Part shown: positions 47,820 through 60,264 of the stretch, piece after piece
Layout: each line of letters begins with the position of its first letter
Numbering within the stretch: position 1 is the first letter of the stretch
DNA from: Dicyema japonicum
Lineage: Eukaryota > Animalia > Dicyemida
Assembly (NCBI GenBank): GCA_011109175.1
Contig: RDEW01000045.1
Location: forward strand, 239,417 to 303,416
Length of the DNA: 64,000 nt
Direction: 5' to 3'
The notes under the pieces: generated by a model
Told to the model about the DNA's origin: nothing
Seen by the model: the letters and a program-made list of their open reading frames with translations, nothing else
Databases searched by the model: none
Program-made: the position numbers and the translations under genes

Positions 47820-50760
47820 TAAGGCATCTGAATGGCCATGCTATTTCCCCTAACAATAGCCAACGAGATACGTTCTCGGAACCAACCAGTCTCTCGCGGA
47901 TCCATGGTCACAGCTTGAATCATTGAGCCGATCTTACGAACCAACTCATCTGCTTGGGGGCCAAGGATTCCTGACGTTTCCACCGCGAATGGAACAAAAA
48001 GATACTCCTCCGAAATTCTCTGGTACTTCCTCCTCTTTCGTTCCTCGGCCTGCTTTGAAGCATGTCCTGGGTCTGAAGCAGAAGCAACCAAATTAGACGG
48101 GGAATAAGTATCAACACACGTCGCGTCCCAGATCAGGTTTCGTCCGTTGGCGAATGGAAAAGTCGTCATCCCATCAGGGCGTTTTCCATCGTTTCGGAAA
48201 GACCAGCAGGTTCTAACAGGCAATGGTGTCAGCAGAGGCAAGGGAATTCTTTAATGTCATGTTAAGACAGGAGTGCCTGGGGAAACGACCCGCACTCATC
48301 TTGCATGACAAGGGATGATAACCAAAAGGATCGATCCAACGTCCACAGCGGCATTTTCTTTCGGCACACAATTTAAGACCAAGACGAAGCGAGGTAGCTA
48401 TTCTCACAGCCTCATCATCCAACAAGTTTCCAATTTTGGCAGATGGATAAGCGTTCATCCAGGCCCTCGTCGAGTGACAACTGGCTGTTTTGAGGCAGGC
48501 AAGCCTTCTTACATCTTCCGTCTTTTCAAGGGACTCTTTCTTCTTTTCGAAGACACAAAACAAATAGGACTTTTGCTTATCACAATTGGCCGAAGCATTC
48601 AGGTACAAATTCATCCCAGGCTCCCGACGGCGTCAGCGGTACGTTTAGTCCGGAAGTAGAGTGAAGGACCGTATCCACTAAACGCCTTGACGAGCCGAAC
48701 GAATATAAATAGGCGCCCAAAGCAACGTCCGAAGGAAGAGAAAGACCCAAACCACCGTAGGCTACAGGGAGTGAGGCCTGTAACCATCCGAAATCATCAA
48801 AACAAACATTAAGAATGGACCCCATCGTTGACCGGATATCCATATCAATTAACGATAGAAGGTCTTTTTCGGCGTAGCATGGGGATCCCCGTAGAATAAA
48901 AAGGAGTTTTGGGAGGAGACAATTCTTCAGCATAAAAAAGGCGACATGACGGTCCAAAAAACTCATCCTGTCGGCATACTGACGTAAATTAGTCCTCTTG
49001 CCTTCCAATAACTCCCTCACCCGGTTTACCAAAATCCCACACCCAAGGAAGTCGAGAGAATCAATATGAGTCTCCCTAACCCCTGGGATGATATCGCAGA
49101 GTTTTCTATGAAAAAGGTAGAATGAATCGGAACTCAAATTCAGATTAATTGCTTCGCACTTTTCATTGTTAAATTCCAGACCGATTTTTCCACACAAACG
49201 TCTGATCGATGCAACTTTGGAGAGAATATCATCGGGACTTCCACCGAGAATACAATCGTCCAGATACCAGACGTTTAGTGGAGTGCAACGGTCCTGGGCA
49301 ATATGGTCGATAGACAAGGAAAATAGAAGAGGACCGAGTGGGTCCCCCTGTTGAACTCCGGATCCGGATGAAATAATTCCGCTGCCAAAAACAAGAGGGG
49401 ATGGATCCGAATACGCGAGATATACAAAGGGATAAATCTGAGGAATCCTCCTACAGGTATCAAGAACGGTGTCCCTTTGACTGAATTGAAGGCATTCCGG
49501 AGGTCCAATTTGAATAAAACTCTGTCCTCAACATTCAATTCAGCTGATTGTGATGCAAATTCTCTCACTGCGTGGAACCCCAGCTTCACACACCAAGCTG
49601 CGAAGGACAAAATTCGGCTGAAATTCGGGAGATAACAAAACGACAAGCCATTTTTGCGGATAAACGTCGAAATACGTTTCCAATTGCAATGGGGCGAATA
49701 CCACCATCTTTTTTTCCAAGGCTCGTTAGATTCGCTGAAAAGAGGAGATTCCGACCAAAATCGGAAACGTTTCCGGAAAGCATGCGAGCTACGAGATCCC
49801 GGGTTCGCTCCAAGAGTAGCGATCCAGGCCTGCCGACAAAGTGGGACACCAAGTCTGACAGATGGCCAGGTTTGAGACCGTCAACTTTTCCACTGCTACT
49901 TCTTCGGAAAGAACAAAGAGAATTGTAAATGGCTGAAGTGGAAATATCATGCATAGATTGTTCTGGACGAACAGGTTTACAAAAGTCTTCTGGTTCTGGA
50001 AAATGTTTCTGTCCCAATATACAGAATGTCTCCTGAGTGGTTTTCACTGGGTCAAAATCCGTACAAACAGTTCGAACTGCAGCAGTAAGATCGCCTCCAG
50101 CAATTTCCTCCTGACACGAGAGCGATGCCTCTCAGGAGCCATACTGGATTGTTTGGAATTGGACTTTGGGAAGTAATCAACTGGGGAAACAAATAATTCT
50201 TCAGCCAGGGACTCCCATTAATCCATAAAGGCACTCACGCGCTTCTTCAGGACATGGGATAGAGAGGGTTTCCGAGAAGATGGGGCAGGCTTACGCTCTA
50301 ACCCCATAGCCAGGACAGGGAAAGAGAAAAGAATTATCCAATCCTTTTTCGAGTCATTGGACACAGCTTTCTCAATGCAAGAAGAAAGGGCAGAAGCAAT
50401 TGAGATCCGGGAAGCTTTGGGGATCCTGACAGGGATAATCTTCCTTTGTCGCGTGTTTGATAATAAAACCAGAAATTCCTCCGGAGACATGGCTTCCAGA
50501 AGATCTGATACAGATGATGATGACACAAAATGATCATGAGGTTCAATTTTAGTGAGTTCCAGTCGGCACGACCAGCACGACCACGAGGGAAGTGATCGAG
50601 CAATTTTCTTGGATAGTTTTTCACAACCTATGTGGTAGTAACCAACACATACAGAACATCGAATCCCGCACTTGCGAGAATTGGATACTCTGCACCCTTT
50701 GAGGTGTCTTGGTGTAGTACATCATAAAAAACAGACATGAATAGATAATAGGAGAGAGAA
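47820..50760 (-). mobile_element. CRE-clade non-LTR retrotransposon, near full length: PHD-like finger, RT, restriction-like endonuclease
   Basis: GGIRPIAIG, QLGV, DLRNAFNS, WYLDD, LPVAYGGLG, CRCG...HPLSC...RH and KRPDG...WDAT; frameshifted. Confidence 0.9.
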
Positions 50761-51229
50761 CTGTATATATTAATGAATTGGTAATTTCCAAAAGAATTTG
50801 TGGCCTTGTGGAAAGTATTATCTCCATTTTGATTACTCGTGGAAGATAAGGCATAACTAAAATGAAGTAATATTTGAATTTTGTAGATTTATTCAAATAA
50901 TCGTATTAACTTTCATTTACACGTGGAGGTTCTTGCTCAGATGGAAGGCAGTCATTATGAATCTAAGTAGACACTGCAACCAACTAGCCAATGCACTTGA
51001 TTATTGTCACACAACCCATCCCAAACCACAATAAAAGGTGGAAACGTCTATTCCATCAAGTTGTGGGAACCTCTCCATTGTATTGGGGAAGAGAATTTGG
51101 GCAGAAAATTTCATATTGCTACCAATAGTAGTTCGCATTCGTTGTTCTTATGTCTCTGTCTCCAACCAACTGTCATATGCAGGACACACACTTTATTTAA
51201 GTAAAGAACAGTTAATTTTAACTAATCGT

Positions 51230-52120
51230 AGAACCAAGGAATGATCTTAACTTCTTTTTTCTTTTTCTTGTGTGTGGGTTTTTTTAACTATCCAGTTCCG
51301 CAGTGAGGTCCACTGATGACGGAGTCACTCGTCAAACCTTTTCAAGAGAGATACGATTAGTATACATTCAAACTTAGGAACTTTTTTTGGGGGAGTCAAT
51401 CTCTGCTTACTTTGAAGTCGGGTTCTTTAATTTTAGTTTACATTGTCGATTTTAGACGTGTCTCTTTCAAATAACAAATTAAATCATATCCATAATTATT
51501 GGAACCCGTTCGGTGAAATATGGAAGAGATATCCTTTAAAGATACTGTCCGATCACTTTGCTTCTCCCGAGACAGGCGGTTCCCTTGACGCTTCATGATT
51601 TGGCGAAAAGCAGTAAGAAAATCTTCCTTGTATTTTTATTTTTGAATTATTTAACACGTAAAAATTGCCAAGTAAGTCAAACACAACTGTCCAAGAAATG
51701 ACTGCCAATTTTCTACCTTTACCCCTAAAAGTAATAGGTAAACCAAATGTAAGACTAATAGATAGGCCTTTAGCTATATTCTCAAGAAAAATTCAAAAAA
51801 ATAACTTGCATCCTATTGGTGATACTCGTCCCAGTTCCTAAGGTTGTCGTGATGGGAGGAATTTGATTTTTAGTGTTAAGCATTTGACTTTTTTTTAGTT
51901 CTGAAATATCGCGTATCTGATGTCTACTGAGTAACTTATTTTGCCTGTGTATATTATTATTAACTTACCAATATGACCCCAGCACGAACAGTCATAGCTA
52001 ATTAATCCAATGAAAAAACCAAAGGAGGAACATCTGCTTGTGCCGAGTGTATTTGATGAGAGAAGTGCTGATGCCACATTGAGATATTTCATAGTAACAG
52101 TTCACAAAATCACTGTGTTA
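51230..52120 (-). pseudogene. Decayed spliced gene, tentatively MAU2/Scc4-like
   Basis: Miniature intron at 51945-51968; fragments SYWQNKLL, TLGTG, LKAYLLVL, VENWQ and YLKET resemble recalled MAU2 segments; stops and large gaps are present. Confidence 0.35.
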
Positions 52121-52211
52121 TTATTATTATTTATCAAACTTAAATTAATAAAATTACTTTCATTATAAATTTAAATAAATAAATTGAGTTAACGTGCATT
52201 TCTTGTGGATT

Positions 52212-52720
52212 ATGGTATTTTCCTATCATAATTGTCTTTAGCAAAGAAGATAAGTGCGTTTGAGAGGTGAATATATTTATCGTAAGTCAATTGAACAACG
52301 AGACCAACAAATAGCTGAAAATAAACAAAAAAATGCGGAAAGCAGTTGAAAACAACGCGCAGATTTCTCACGTGAATCACTGTGACTACGAATATCGCTG
52401 GACAGGGGTGACGGATCCGAAAAAAATCATCACCACCTCTCGAGACCCCAGTTCTCGTCTTCGCCAATTCGCGCAGGAAATGCGACTGGTATTTCCCAAT
52501 TCGCACCGAATAAACCGTGGTAACTGCCAAGAACAGGAACTCATCAACGCTGTACGTGGCAATGATACTACCGACGTAATAATTTTGATGGAAATACGTG
52601 GAAAACCTGGTAACTTTAAAATTAAATCCAGATGGGTTTGTTGTCTCCCATTTTCCTTTTGGTTTAACAGCCTACTTTACTTTGTACAACTGTGTGCTAA
52701 GGTACGATATTGTGAGTGGA
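52212..52720 (+). pseudogene. IMP4: IMP4 (U3 snoRNP, Brix domain), N-half only, with in-frame TAA
   Basis: M|QRR*VRLRGEYIYRK...EYRWTGVTDPK...ITTSRDPSSRL...RINRG...RGKP|DGFVVSHFPFG; introns 52215-52241 and 52610-52631; similarity fades after VLRYDI. Confidence 0.85.
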
Positions 52721-53163
52721 TGGACACACTATATTACTGAATTTAGATTGGTTGTGTCCATTACTCCCCGCTGATCTACAAACTGACTTGAAGTTCTCTT
52801 GACGGTATTTGTTTACATAACTCCAGTTTCACGAAGCCATCTACGTTAATGTACGCGACAGTTTGTTTCCTAAACACGTGACTGATTATTTATTTTATGA
52901 ATTTCGCGCTAGTACCAAGTTGACGACTCTGTTGGTGAGAGAAGACATCTAATGTTTGGATAGAATGTGCATTTTGTCCATGTTTGATATAATAATCTCT
53001 ACAACACGTCCTATTATTCATAGCTTGGATGACTTCGGGACAATTATTGGATTAAAAAGATGTGTCAGAATGGTTATTGGTTGTGTTGTAGTTCGGGTTA
53101 TCCCTGATCACATTCCTTACAATATTTGTATTTTTGGCTCTTTTGGTTGAGGAATTATCTCAG

Positions 53164-53254
53164 TTTATGGGGGATTTTATTTGTGAGGACATTTCGATGT
53201 GATTATCTGTTTATGGGGAATTCTATTTGTGAGGACATTTCGATCCGATTATCT
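53164..53254. repeat. Two-copy tandem repeat, about 46 bp
   Basis: TTTATGGGG..TT.TATTTGTGAGGACATTTCGAT..GATTATCT occurs twice. Confidence 0.8.
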
Positions 53255-54209
53255 TATTGTTGAGGGAGGTTGACCAAAAATACTACGATAGATAATGCCA
53301 CCCAAGGGAGTTATGAAATCGATGAAAATATTTCGGTTTGTGGATGTGGAAACTTGCTCACTAAGGATTATTGGTGGAAGATTAAAAGTTTTAGTCTGTT
53401 TCGGTAAGAAATACTCATGAAATTTATTGAATTTTAGGCGGAAGACTCACTGAGAGTGTTTGTTGAATCCAACTATGCTGACGGACTAATGTCTGTGTTC
53501 GTATAGTCAAATTATTATTTCCTCGTTTGACCAACAGCAGTCTCATTACCTCTCTGATGATATATCATGTGAGCATACTCCCTCCACTGACATTCCATTA
53601 ATAGCGGTCTGTCTACTTATGAATGAAAACCTCGCAGAAATGTTGGCAAATTATTATGACAAACTACAAGACTGTCTAACCAAATACACGTGTCAACTTG
53701 TTATTGTCGAATACTCTCAATCACAAAACTCCCATTAATGATTTATACAAGCAATTTCCGTCGATAAAATTGGAATTAAATAAATTTGTGATGATTTGTA
53801 GTATATGTGTATTCGTGTTAGTGGGAATTATATTCCCTTTGATTAGGAGTTTTGGGGGTCATACAGTCCGTTGATGAGGTCAAACAGAAGTGGAGTATAT
53901 TTTGAATGATATGGAGGATTTGTCAATGGTTATTTGGGGGAGACTAATCTATATATTTATTAAAACTCAATGTTGATGTTTATGACACTATAACTCGCGG
54001 ATAAATGGACTTATTTTAATTTAAAAAAACTTTCGAATAGATAAAAACATTTCCAAAAAAGTGAGTGAGTTTCTGAAAACATTATCCTGTCAAATGGCGT
54101 GACCTCAATGTTAATTTCACTTAATTATTTTAGGCACTAATACAAGATCCCATGGATCCAGGAGATGGTAGACAATAGGAGATAGCTTACGTGGGTAAAA
54201 ATTATTAAA

Positions 54210-54420
54210 GGCAATCGAGGATACATGCACAAAAATGCGGGATGAAGAATCAGAAGAACAGCAGAAACGTCATATAACTGAATTGAGAACACATGCAAAA
54301 CAATGGGGGATGATGAATCAGCAGAACATCATAGCAGTCGGTTCCCAGAATTGAGAACACAAGTCTGAATGTGTTCATCCTCTCATTATTTTGCATGTGT
54401 TGAGAACACATTCCTGCAAG
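54210..54420 (+). repeat. About 69-bp coding-like repeat, STPR-like (possible Helitron remnant)
   Basis: RDEESEEQQKRHITELRTHAKQW (23 aa) is followed by DDESAEHHSSRFPELRTQ; unit spacing is 68 nt. Confidence 0.4.
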
Positions 54421-54764
54421 TCTGAAGTCTGAGGTGTAGAGGTCCCAGAAGAGTGTGACGTCCTTTATCAAATAATCGAAGCTCCCGACAGGCCATTTCC
54501 AGTATTGTAATAATTACTATGGACTTTCTCATTGACAAACTACCGTAATTAACTGACTTGTAACTATCAGATGCTTTCTTACTTTATGTCCTCTACCACG
54601 TTGTCTTTAAAAGTTATGACTGTAATTTAATCTTTTAGATCAAAGAATTGTGAGAATACTGAATATTTATATGTCATTTGAGATTATTTCGTTCAGATTT
54701 TGCCTGTTGTTATAATACAATGTCTTATCAAAGATTGTTGTGAAAATTAGAAAATTATAACAAA

Positions 54765-55080
54765 ACAAAAGACATTCCCAATTCCAAACATTTTTGGTAT
54801 CGACAATTATTTCTGTTCTCTTCGTCGACCATACATGTCACATACTTTAAACACTTGTAGGTCGCATTGGCTATATGAGACCCTCTGTAAAAGTTCTATA
54901 GTTATAATGATTTAGTTACTTTGCATCCTTCGCCTGAATGCTGGTGAAGTTGTGTTTGTCATGGCCACTCAAAAAATGGAGGATTGCCATCCGGGTCTTT
55001 CGGATAGAACGCGAAACGGTCGCGTAGCGCTTCGTATTTCTTCTCCTTTGCCCTTGTCGTTTTTTCCGCGGCATACAGTG
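54765..55080 (-). pseudogene. Degenerate nuclear-receptor DNA-binding domain
   Basis: GEGCK|NFYRGS...YKCLKYVTCMVDEENRNNCRYQKCLELGMS, with a 24-nt intron (54896-54919) directly after EGCK. Confidence 0.68.
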
Positions 55081-55749
55081 TGTCTACCGCGCTCCCGCCA
55101 ATGTTGGACAGACAAAGTATTATTTAAATTTAATTCTGCAACATTAATTATGGAATAATAATAAATTTAATTCAAATCATTGATTTGTTGTTCAGATGAT
55201 TTTTTAACATACTTATAACTGGGTAACCTATGTTCGTTCAACTAGTGTTCACATGGATCCTTTCTCCACATAGGCCACTGATGTTCCTATTTATTAAGAC
55301 TATTTTTGTCATTAAAATCAAAAATTCATATGTTCTTTAAAATCGTTAAAACTCTCAAAAATATTTTTTTTTCTAATAATATAAATAGAGTCAAAAATTT
55401 GTCAAATTTGATTGTAATTTAAATTTTAAGTCAATAAAATCTGTTTTTTATTAACCGCGGACTCAGAATCGATCTAACTTCTCATCATCACGGACTATTC
55501 CGGTGAAAATCATCATTGTCGCTCTCACAGTCGCTGCGGAGGACCTTTCTAGTACAATCGAGGATGCCTTCCTGACAAATTCAATACAAGACTTGGTTCG
55601 TCATGCTGAGACTTAATCGCAAGGGTAACTGAAATGAGTCTCTCGCTGTCACCATGAAGACAACCATTCGTTTTTATTAAAGGAACCCATTCCTCGGTTA
55701 ACCAACACCTTAACAAAATGCGGGAAACGTATAGTCAGAACAAGGAAGT

Positions 55750-56440
55750 AGAAGTGTTTCCTCTCAAGAAAACTGATCGCTCGATCGGACGCTGAACTAG
55801 TGGCATGCATGGCTTGGGAAGTCGAGTGTTGGATTCCTGAAGAACGCTGATAAACAACGAGAATGGGACAAGCTTTTATGATCATAGAAGAGATAAATCC
55901 TGTGCTTGATCAGTATCGTCTAGCTTGTCTGGCTTCTGCATCGACAAACAAGAGTGGAGCATAACTCAGAGCTTCATCATGTACCTCACTTGTGACACTA
56001 TTGGATGACGACGCAATGAGGATTGAGGTTTCAGTCGCCTCGGAATAGATGTTTGCACGATTCATCTCTGTAGATGTGAGGAATGGTCGGTGCGAAAGGT
56101 CTTCATGCTCTTTCCTGTCGGAGGATTTCTGAAAAAAGTCAAAGACACGCCTCAATAAACGAAGTTATTGGTAAGGTTAGATTTCCTGTCCAATTGGAGC
56201 TGCTTGGACTTGCTCGAGCCAACCGTAGACTGGACGTAACTACTCGACAGTTCATTTTTGAACCAGTCGCAGTGGAACCGTCAGGAATCATTGAAACAGG
56301 TCACTGGTCCTGCTAAACAGAATCGGATCGCTCATCGGGTGGAAAAAATGATAGGAGAGAAAGGAGATAACTCATTGAGCACATTTCCTTGCAAATCGTC
56401 AGGGGAAATGCCTTCTCAATTATGCGTTATATAAAAAAGT
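55750..56440 (+). mobile_element. CRE-like 3' fragment
   Basis: TLLDDDAMRI, HALSCRR...RHASINEVI and PVAVEPSG. Confidence 0.72.
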
Positions 56441-56513
56441 TTTTTTTTTTTTTAATTTTTTTTTATAAAAAAGTTGATATAATTATTATTAATCGTAAAT
56501 TTTTTTTGTTCTA

Positions 56514-57560
56514 GTGGTTTGGCGGATCTTACCAGCTAGTCAAAGTGTGTTCCGAGAAGGGAGGTCTACGGCAGACATTGTATGGAGCCACAGATGGCGC
56601 TGCGCAACGCACCAAAGATTCAAGAGCGCAACGACCGTGTTGGGAATAGATCTCTCCAGAGCTTTCGATTCAATAAACAGACAGAAACTGATGAATGTGC
56701 TTGAGCAAATATTGGATGAATCGTCGGTTAAGATAATCAGACTACTACTTGCGAACACAAGACTATCTGTGAGGACAGAAGGAGCAACTTCACGCAGTTT
56801 CAAAACAACGATTGGGACACCCCAAGGTGATTCCCTCTCCCCTTTACTATTCACCATATACCTTGAATCTGTACTCCGCGACCTCCGTAAATGCTATATA
56901 GGAGACATAGAAGAGACATCTTATGCGGATGATGTGGATTTCGTATCACTGGACGTGACAGCACTCCAACACCTACTAGAAAATGCACCTGCGGAGCTTG
57001 AGAAATGGTTTTTAGCGTAAATGTAAACAAAACTGAAATTACGGAAATCAAAAGAGAAGACGATATTACTCATGAAAGATGGAGACGTACTAATAAGCTC
57101 GGCTCTCTAGACGTACTAATAAGCTCAGCTCTAGGAGACGCTGAAGATGTACTAAGGAGGAAAACACTGGCAAATGCGGCAACGGCTAAACTGAAGAAAG
57201 GATGGCTAAAAGCCAAAGACTTGGAATTGACATCAGATGCAGGCTTTACAACGCGTTTGTGAAACCGATCCTACTGTATAACGCTGGGACATGGGGAAGT
57301 TCCTTCAACGAACTATTGAAACTGGATTCTTCCATAGAAGGCAACTAAGAAGCTTACTCGGAATGGAGTGGCCACGTAGAATATCAACCACTGGTATCTA
57401 CAACAAGTGTATGTGTTCTTACATCAGCAAGGATGTGATAGATGCCCGGTGGAGGCTATTTGGGCATGTACTAAAATTGAACCCGGACGCACCCGCTAAC
57501 AAAGCGATGGAAGATTACTTTGACAGTTGCGACAAACCCTTCTTACAAAAAAATATTGAA
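56514..57560 (+). mobile_element. RTE-like RT and 3' region, 5'-truncated
   Basis: GIDLSRAFDSI, GTPQGDSLSP, YADDVDF and RWRLFGH. Confidence 0.88.
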
Positions 57561-59950
57561 GATATAAACCAATTAGAAGTGAGAAGTGTGTCTTCAGGAC
57601 TACATGATGCCAATGGAACTAGCATACGATGTGGGAAATGTTCCTGCTCATCTGCTGTCCCTAAAAGCATTAGTCACTGAGATTCGATCAGGTGACAGGA
57701 TCAAGTGGATCTCAATGGTTGTCAACTCTGCGAAAAGGAGATTCGGGAGAATCCCTCGTGGTGGATGGAGTCTCATCGTCCAGCAACTCAATGCTCGTTT
57801 CTCCACTCATAAAAGTGTACTGGTGTTAGAAAATTATTGAATGTAAAGCCTAATAAAAAGACGCCCGTTGACCAGAAAAGTCGAGATGCTTGTTCAAATT
57901 GAGAGAGTTAAATTAGTTTCCCGAGATGGAAGGAAACCCACACAAAAGATTCCATACAAGTTGCTTAAAAAGGATGTTCTTATTACATTAAATGCAGTGA
58001 TTTCAAATTATGTGTCATCATCTGCGCCAATGGACATGAATGAGATAACCGACATAATTTATGCTGCACAATGCGTATATGAAAATTTGACAAAGAAGCA
58101 ATCAGTAAAAAGCTGTTAGAGGAAAAATGTGGAGAAGAGAATTGCAAAATTCAAAGAAAATTGCGCCTTAGTTTATGGGTTTACTGGGAAGCAGTCAAGG
58201 GAAGAAAGGAAAAAAACGCTTGATTTTTTATGCTCGCTTGGATACAAGAAATCAAAGAAGGGAGAACTGAAAAGGATATCTAGCCTAATTGAAGACAAAA
58301 TCAAGATCATGGAGAAAAATCTCAATTCATGAATCAAGAAAATCCTTTAGACGAGATAATTTTTATTTTGAGCTGAACAAGAGGAGGTTTTATCGGAGGC
58401 TCAATGATGACGTCAATAATAGTGACTGTAAAGTTACAGAAAATGAGTGCGTGTCATTTTGGAAAGATGTGTGGGAAAAGGATCAGAATTATTTTCACAG
58501 AAATATTGTTGGGAGGCGAATAACAGGAGCAGAGGAGTTACCTGTTAGATATGACAGTTGAGTTCGTTAAGAACATTATTCACTATACGCCGAATTGGAA
58601 GAGCTCTTGCTGTGAGTATATGGATTATTTGTCAAGAAAGTTGATTTTTTTTATAGTTGGAGAGATTATCAAGATAGTGAGTGGTGAATATTGCCTGGAA
58701 GAATGGTTCTATACTGGGATTACGTACCTCATTCCGAATAAAGAAGACTGCTTTTCTCCGAATGACTTACGACCAATTACGTGCATGCCTATATTGTACA
58801 AACTTGTCACAAAATGTGTTAATACAAAACTTACGGATTATATTGAAGGTTTTAATCTTATCTCGGATAATCAGTTTGGAGCAAGAAGGCAGTGCAAAGG
58901 AGCAGGCTTTAATAAATAAGTGTGTTAATGCTGAACATGGAAATAGCTTATTCACAACATGGATTGTGAAGTTTATCAAAAATTTAATAAGCAAGTTGAA
59001 TGTTATTTTGAACCTTAACAAAAAAAGAATTGGAAAGGTCAAACTCGGGAGAGGAATCTTGCAAGGAGACTCACTCTCCCTCCAGCTGTTTACTCTGGAA
59101 ATGGACCCACTAAGCCGAATATTAAATATAAAATTCCCGAACATATGTATTGATCAGAGTGATCGGTCTATTGTGACATGTGCGACTAACCATTTTCTTT
59201 TTATTGACGACCTGAAAATAATTGCCGAATATGAAGATACTTTTCTAAAAATGATGGAGGATATTGATGCTATCTAAAAAAGTCTGCAACTAATCTGAAA
59301 TGTGCCAAAGATACAAGTTATCTGGATGGTTGTGAGGGATATAGCTATCTTGGAGTGTTAGAAGATAAAGGGAGTAAGGTTATGAAAGACAAAGTTATGG
59401 AAAAAATTGCTGAAACTGTGAAGAAAAGGATAGAGATGCTGGCGAATTCGAAATTAAACGCTGTAAACTTGTTTAAAGCGATAAATGAATTCGCACTCTC
59501 GCTATATAATTATTATATTGGGCTTATTGAACCACGTGAATTCGAAGCTATTGATTTAGAAATCCGGTGTATACTTTCTAACTTACGAGTGCACAACCTT
59601 CTAACAAAGAAAGATTGTATCTCAACAGGAATAGTTTTGGAGGAGGATTAACCTCAATAAGAGTGAATGCATGTTATTTCAATTTTTGACTGACCTTGAG
59701 AGGAAATCTTCCATGTGTCTTTGAAGGGCAGGAATCTTGCGGGTCCTAAAACAAAGGAAAACACATATGACAACTATCGCAAGATTTATTTCACTCAAAT
59801 ACAATGTGGATGACCTATCTAACTTGAATACTAACATTATAAAGGAATATCAAAAAAGAATTATTTGCATACACCTACAACTATGTCATCAATTTGGAAT
59901 AAACTAAAAAAACTTTAGAGAGCATGATAATCGAGCATAGAAATGGGTTG
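57560..59950 (+). mobile_element. R4/NeSL-like non-LTR element, frameshifted
   Basis: LRPITCMPILYK, GILQGDSLS, FLFIDDLK and LNAVNLFKAINE. Confidence 0.85.
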
Positions 59951-60264
59951 AAAGTTGATAACTATGATGATCATCTTATCTCAAGAGGCTTATAACTCGG
60001 AGGTGACGACGAAGAGGAACCATGAGAAACAACTGTTTTGTCTAGAGATTTGCTTTTTCAAGTTGTATCTGAAAGAAACAGTGAGGGTGATACAAAGGGC
60101 CAATGCCCAAAAAAGAGAAGAATGCATAGTGTTAATTAATTACAATTGATTTTCTTTGGTTTTAGTTAATTTATTATAAGAATCGTAATAAAACTACTAA
60201 TTATAACCATTTAAGCTTTAATCTTAATTTGTGTAAAATCCTTGTTTTACCCTAATATTGATTA

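Noticed and set aside
51313-51340. Hammerhead-like CTGATGA followed by a hairpin
   Set aside because: There is no GAAA core strand or stems I/III in register, and it overlaps the decayed minus-strand gene.
45594-52253. Stop-codon reassignment suggested by in-frame TAA in striatin (45594) and IMP4 (52251)
   Set aside because: The two TAAs align to different residues (Leu versus Glu/Gln). WDR35, the physin gene and the kinase splice without in-frame TAA/TAG, and genes end in TGA, TAG and TAA. Error or decay is more likely.
52762-52800. LPADLQTDLKF as a scrambled IMP4 segment
   Set aside because: The match is short and weak and could arise by chance; there are no pointer repeats or other sign of scrambling.
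7860-53254. CRISPR-like direct repeats (7860-7906, about 17100-17130, about 40823-40880, 53164-53254)
   Set aside because: Each has only two copies and no unique spacer series or cas genes; these are simple tandem duplications in eukaryotic DNA.
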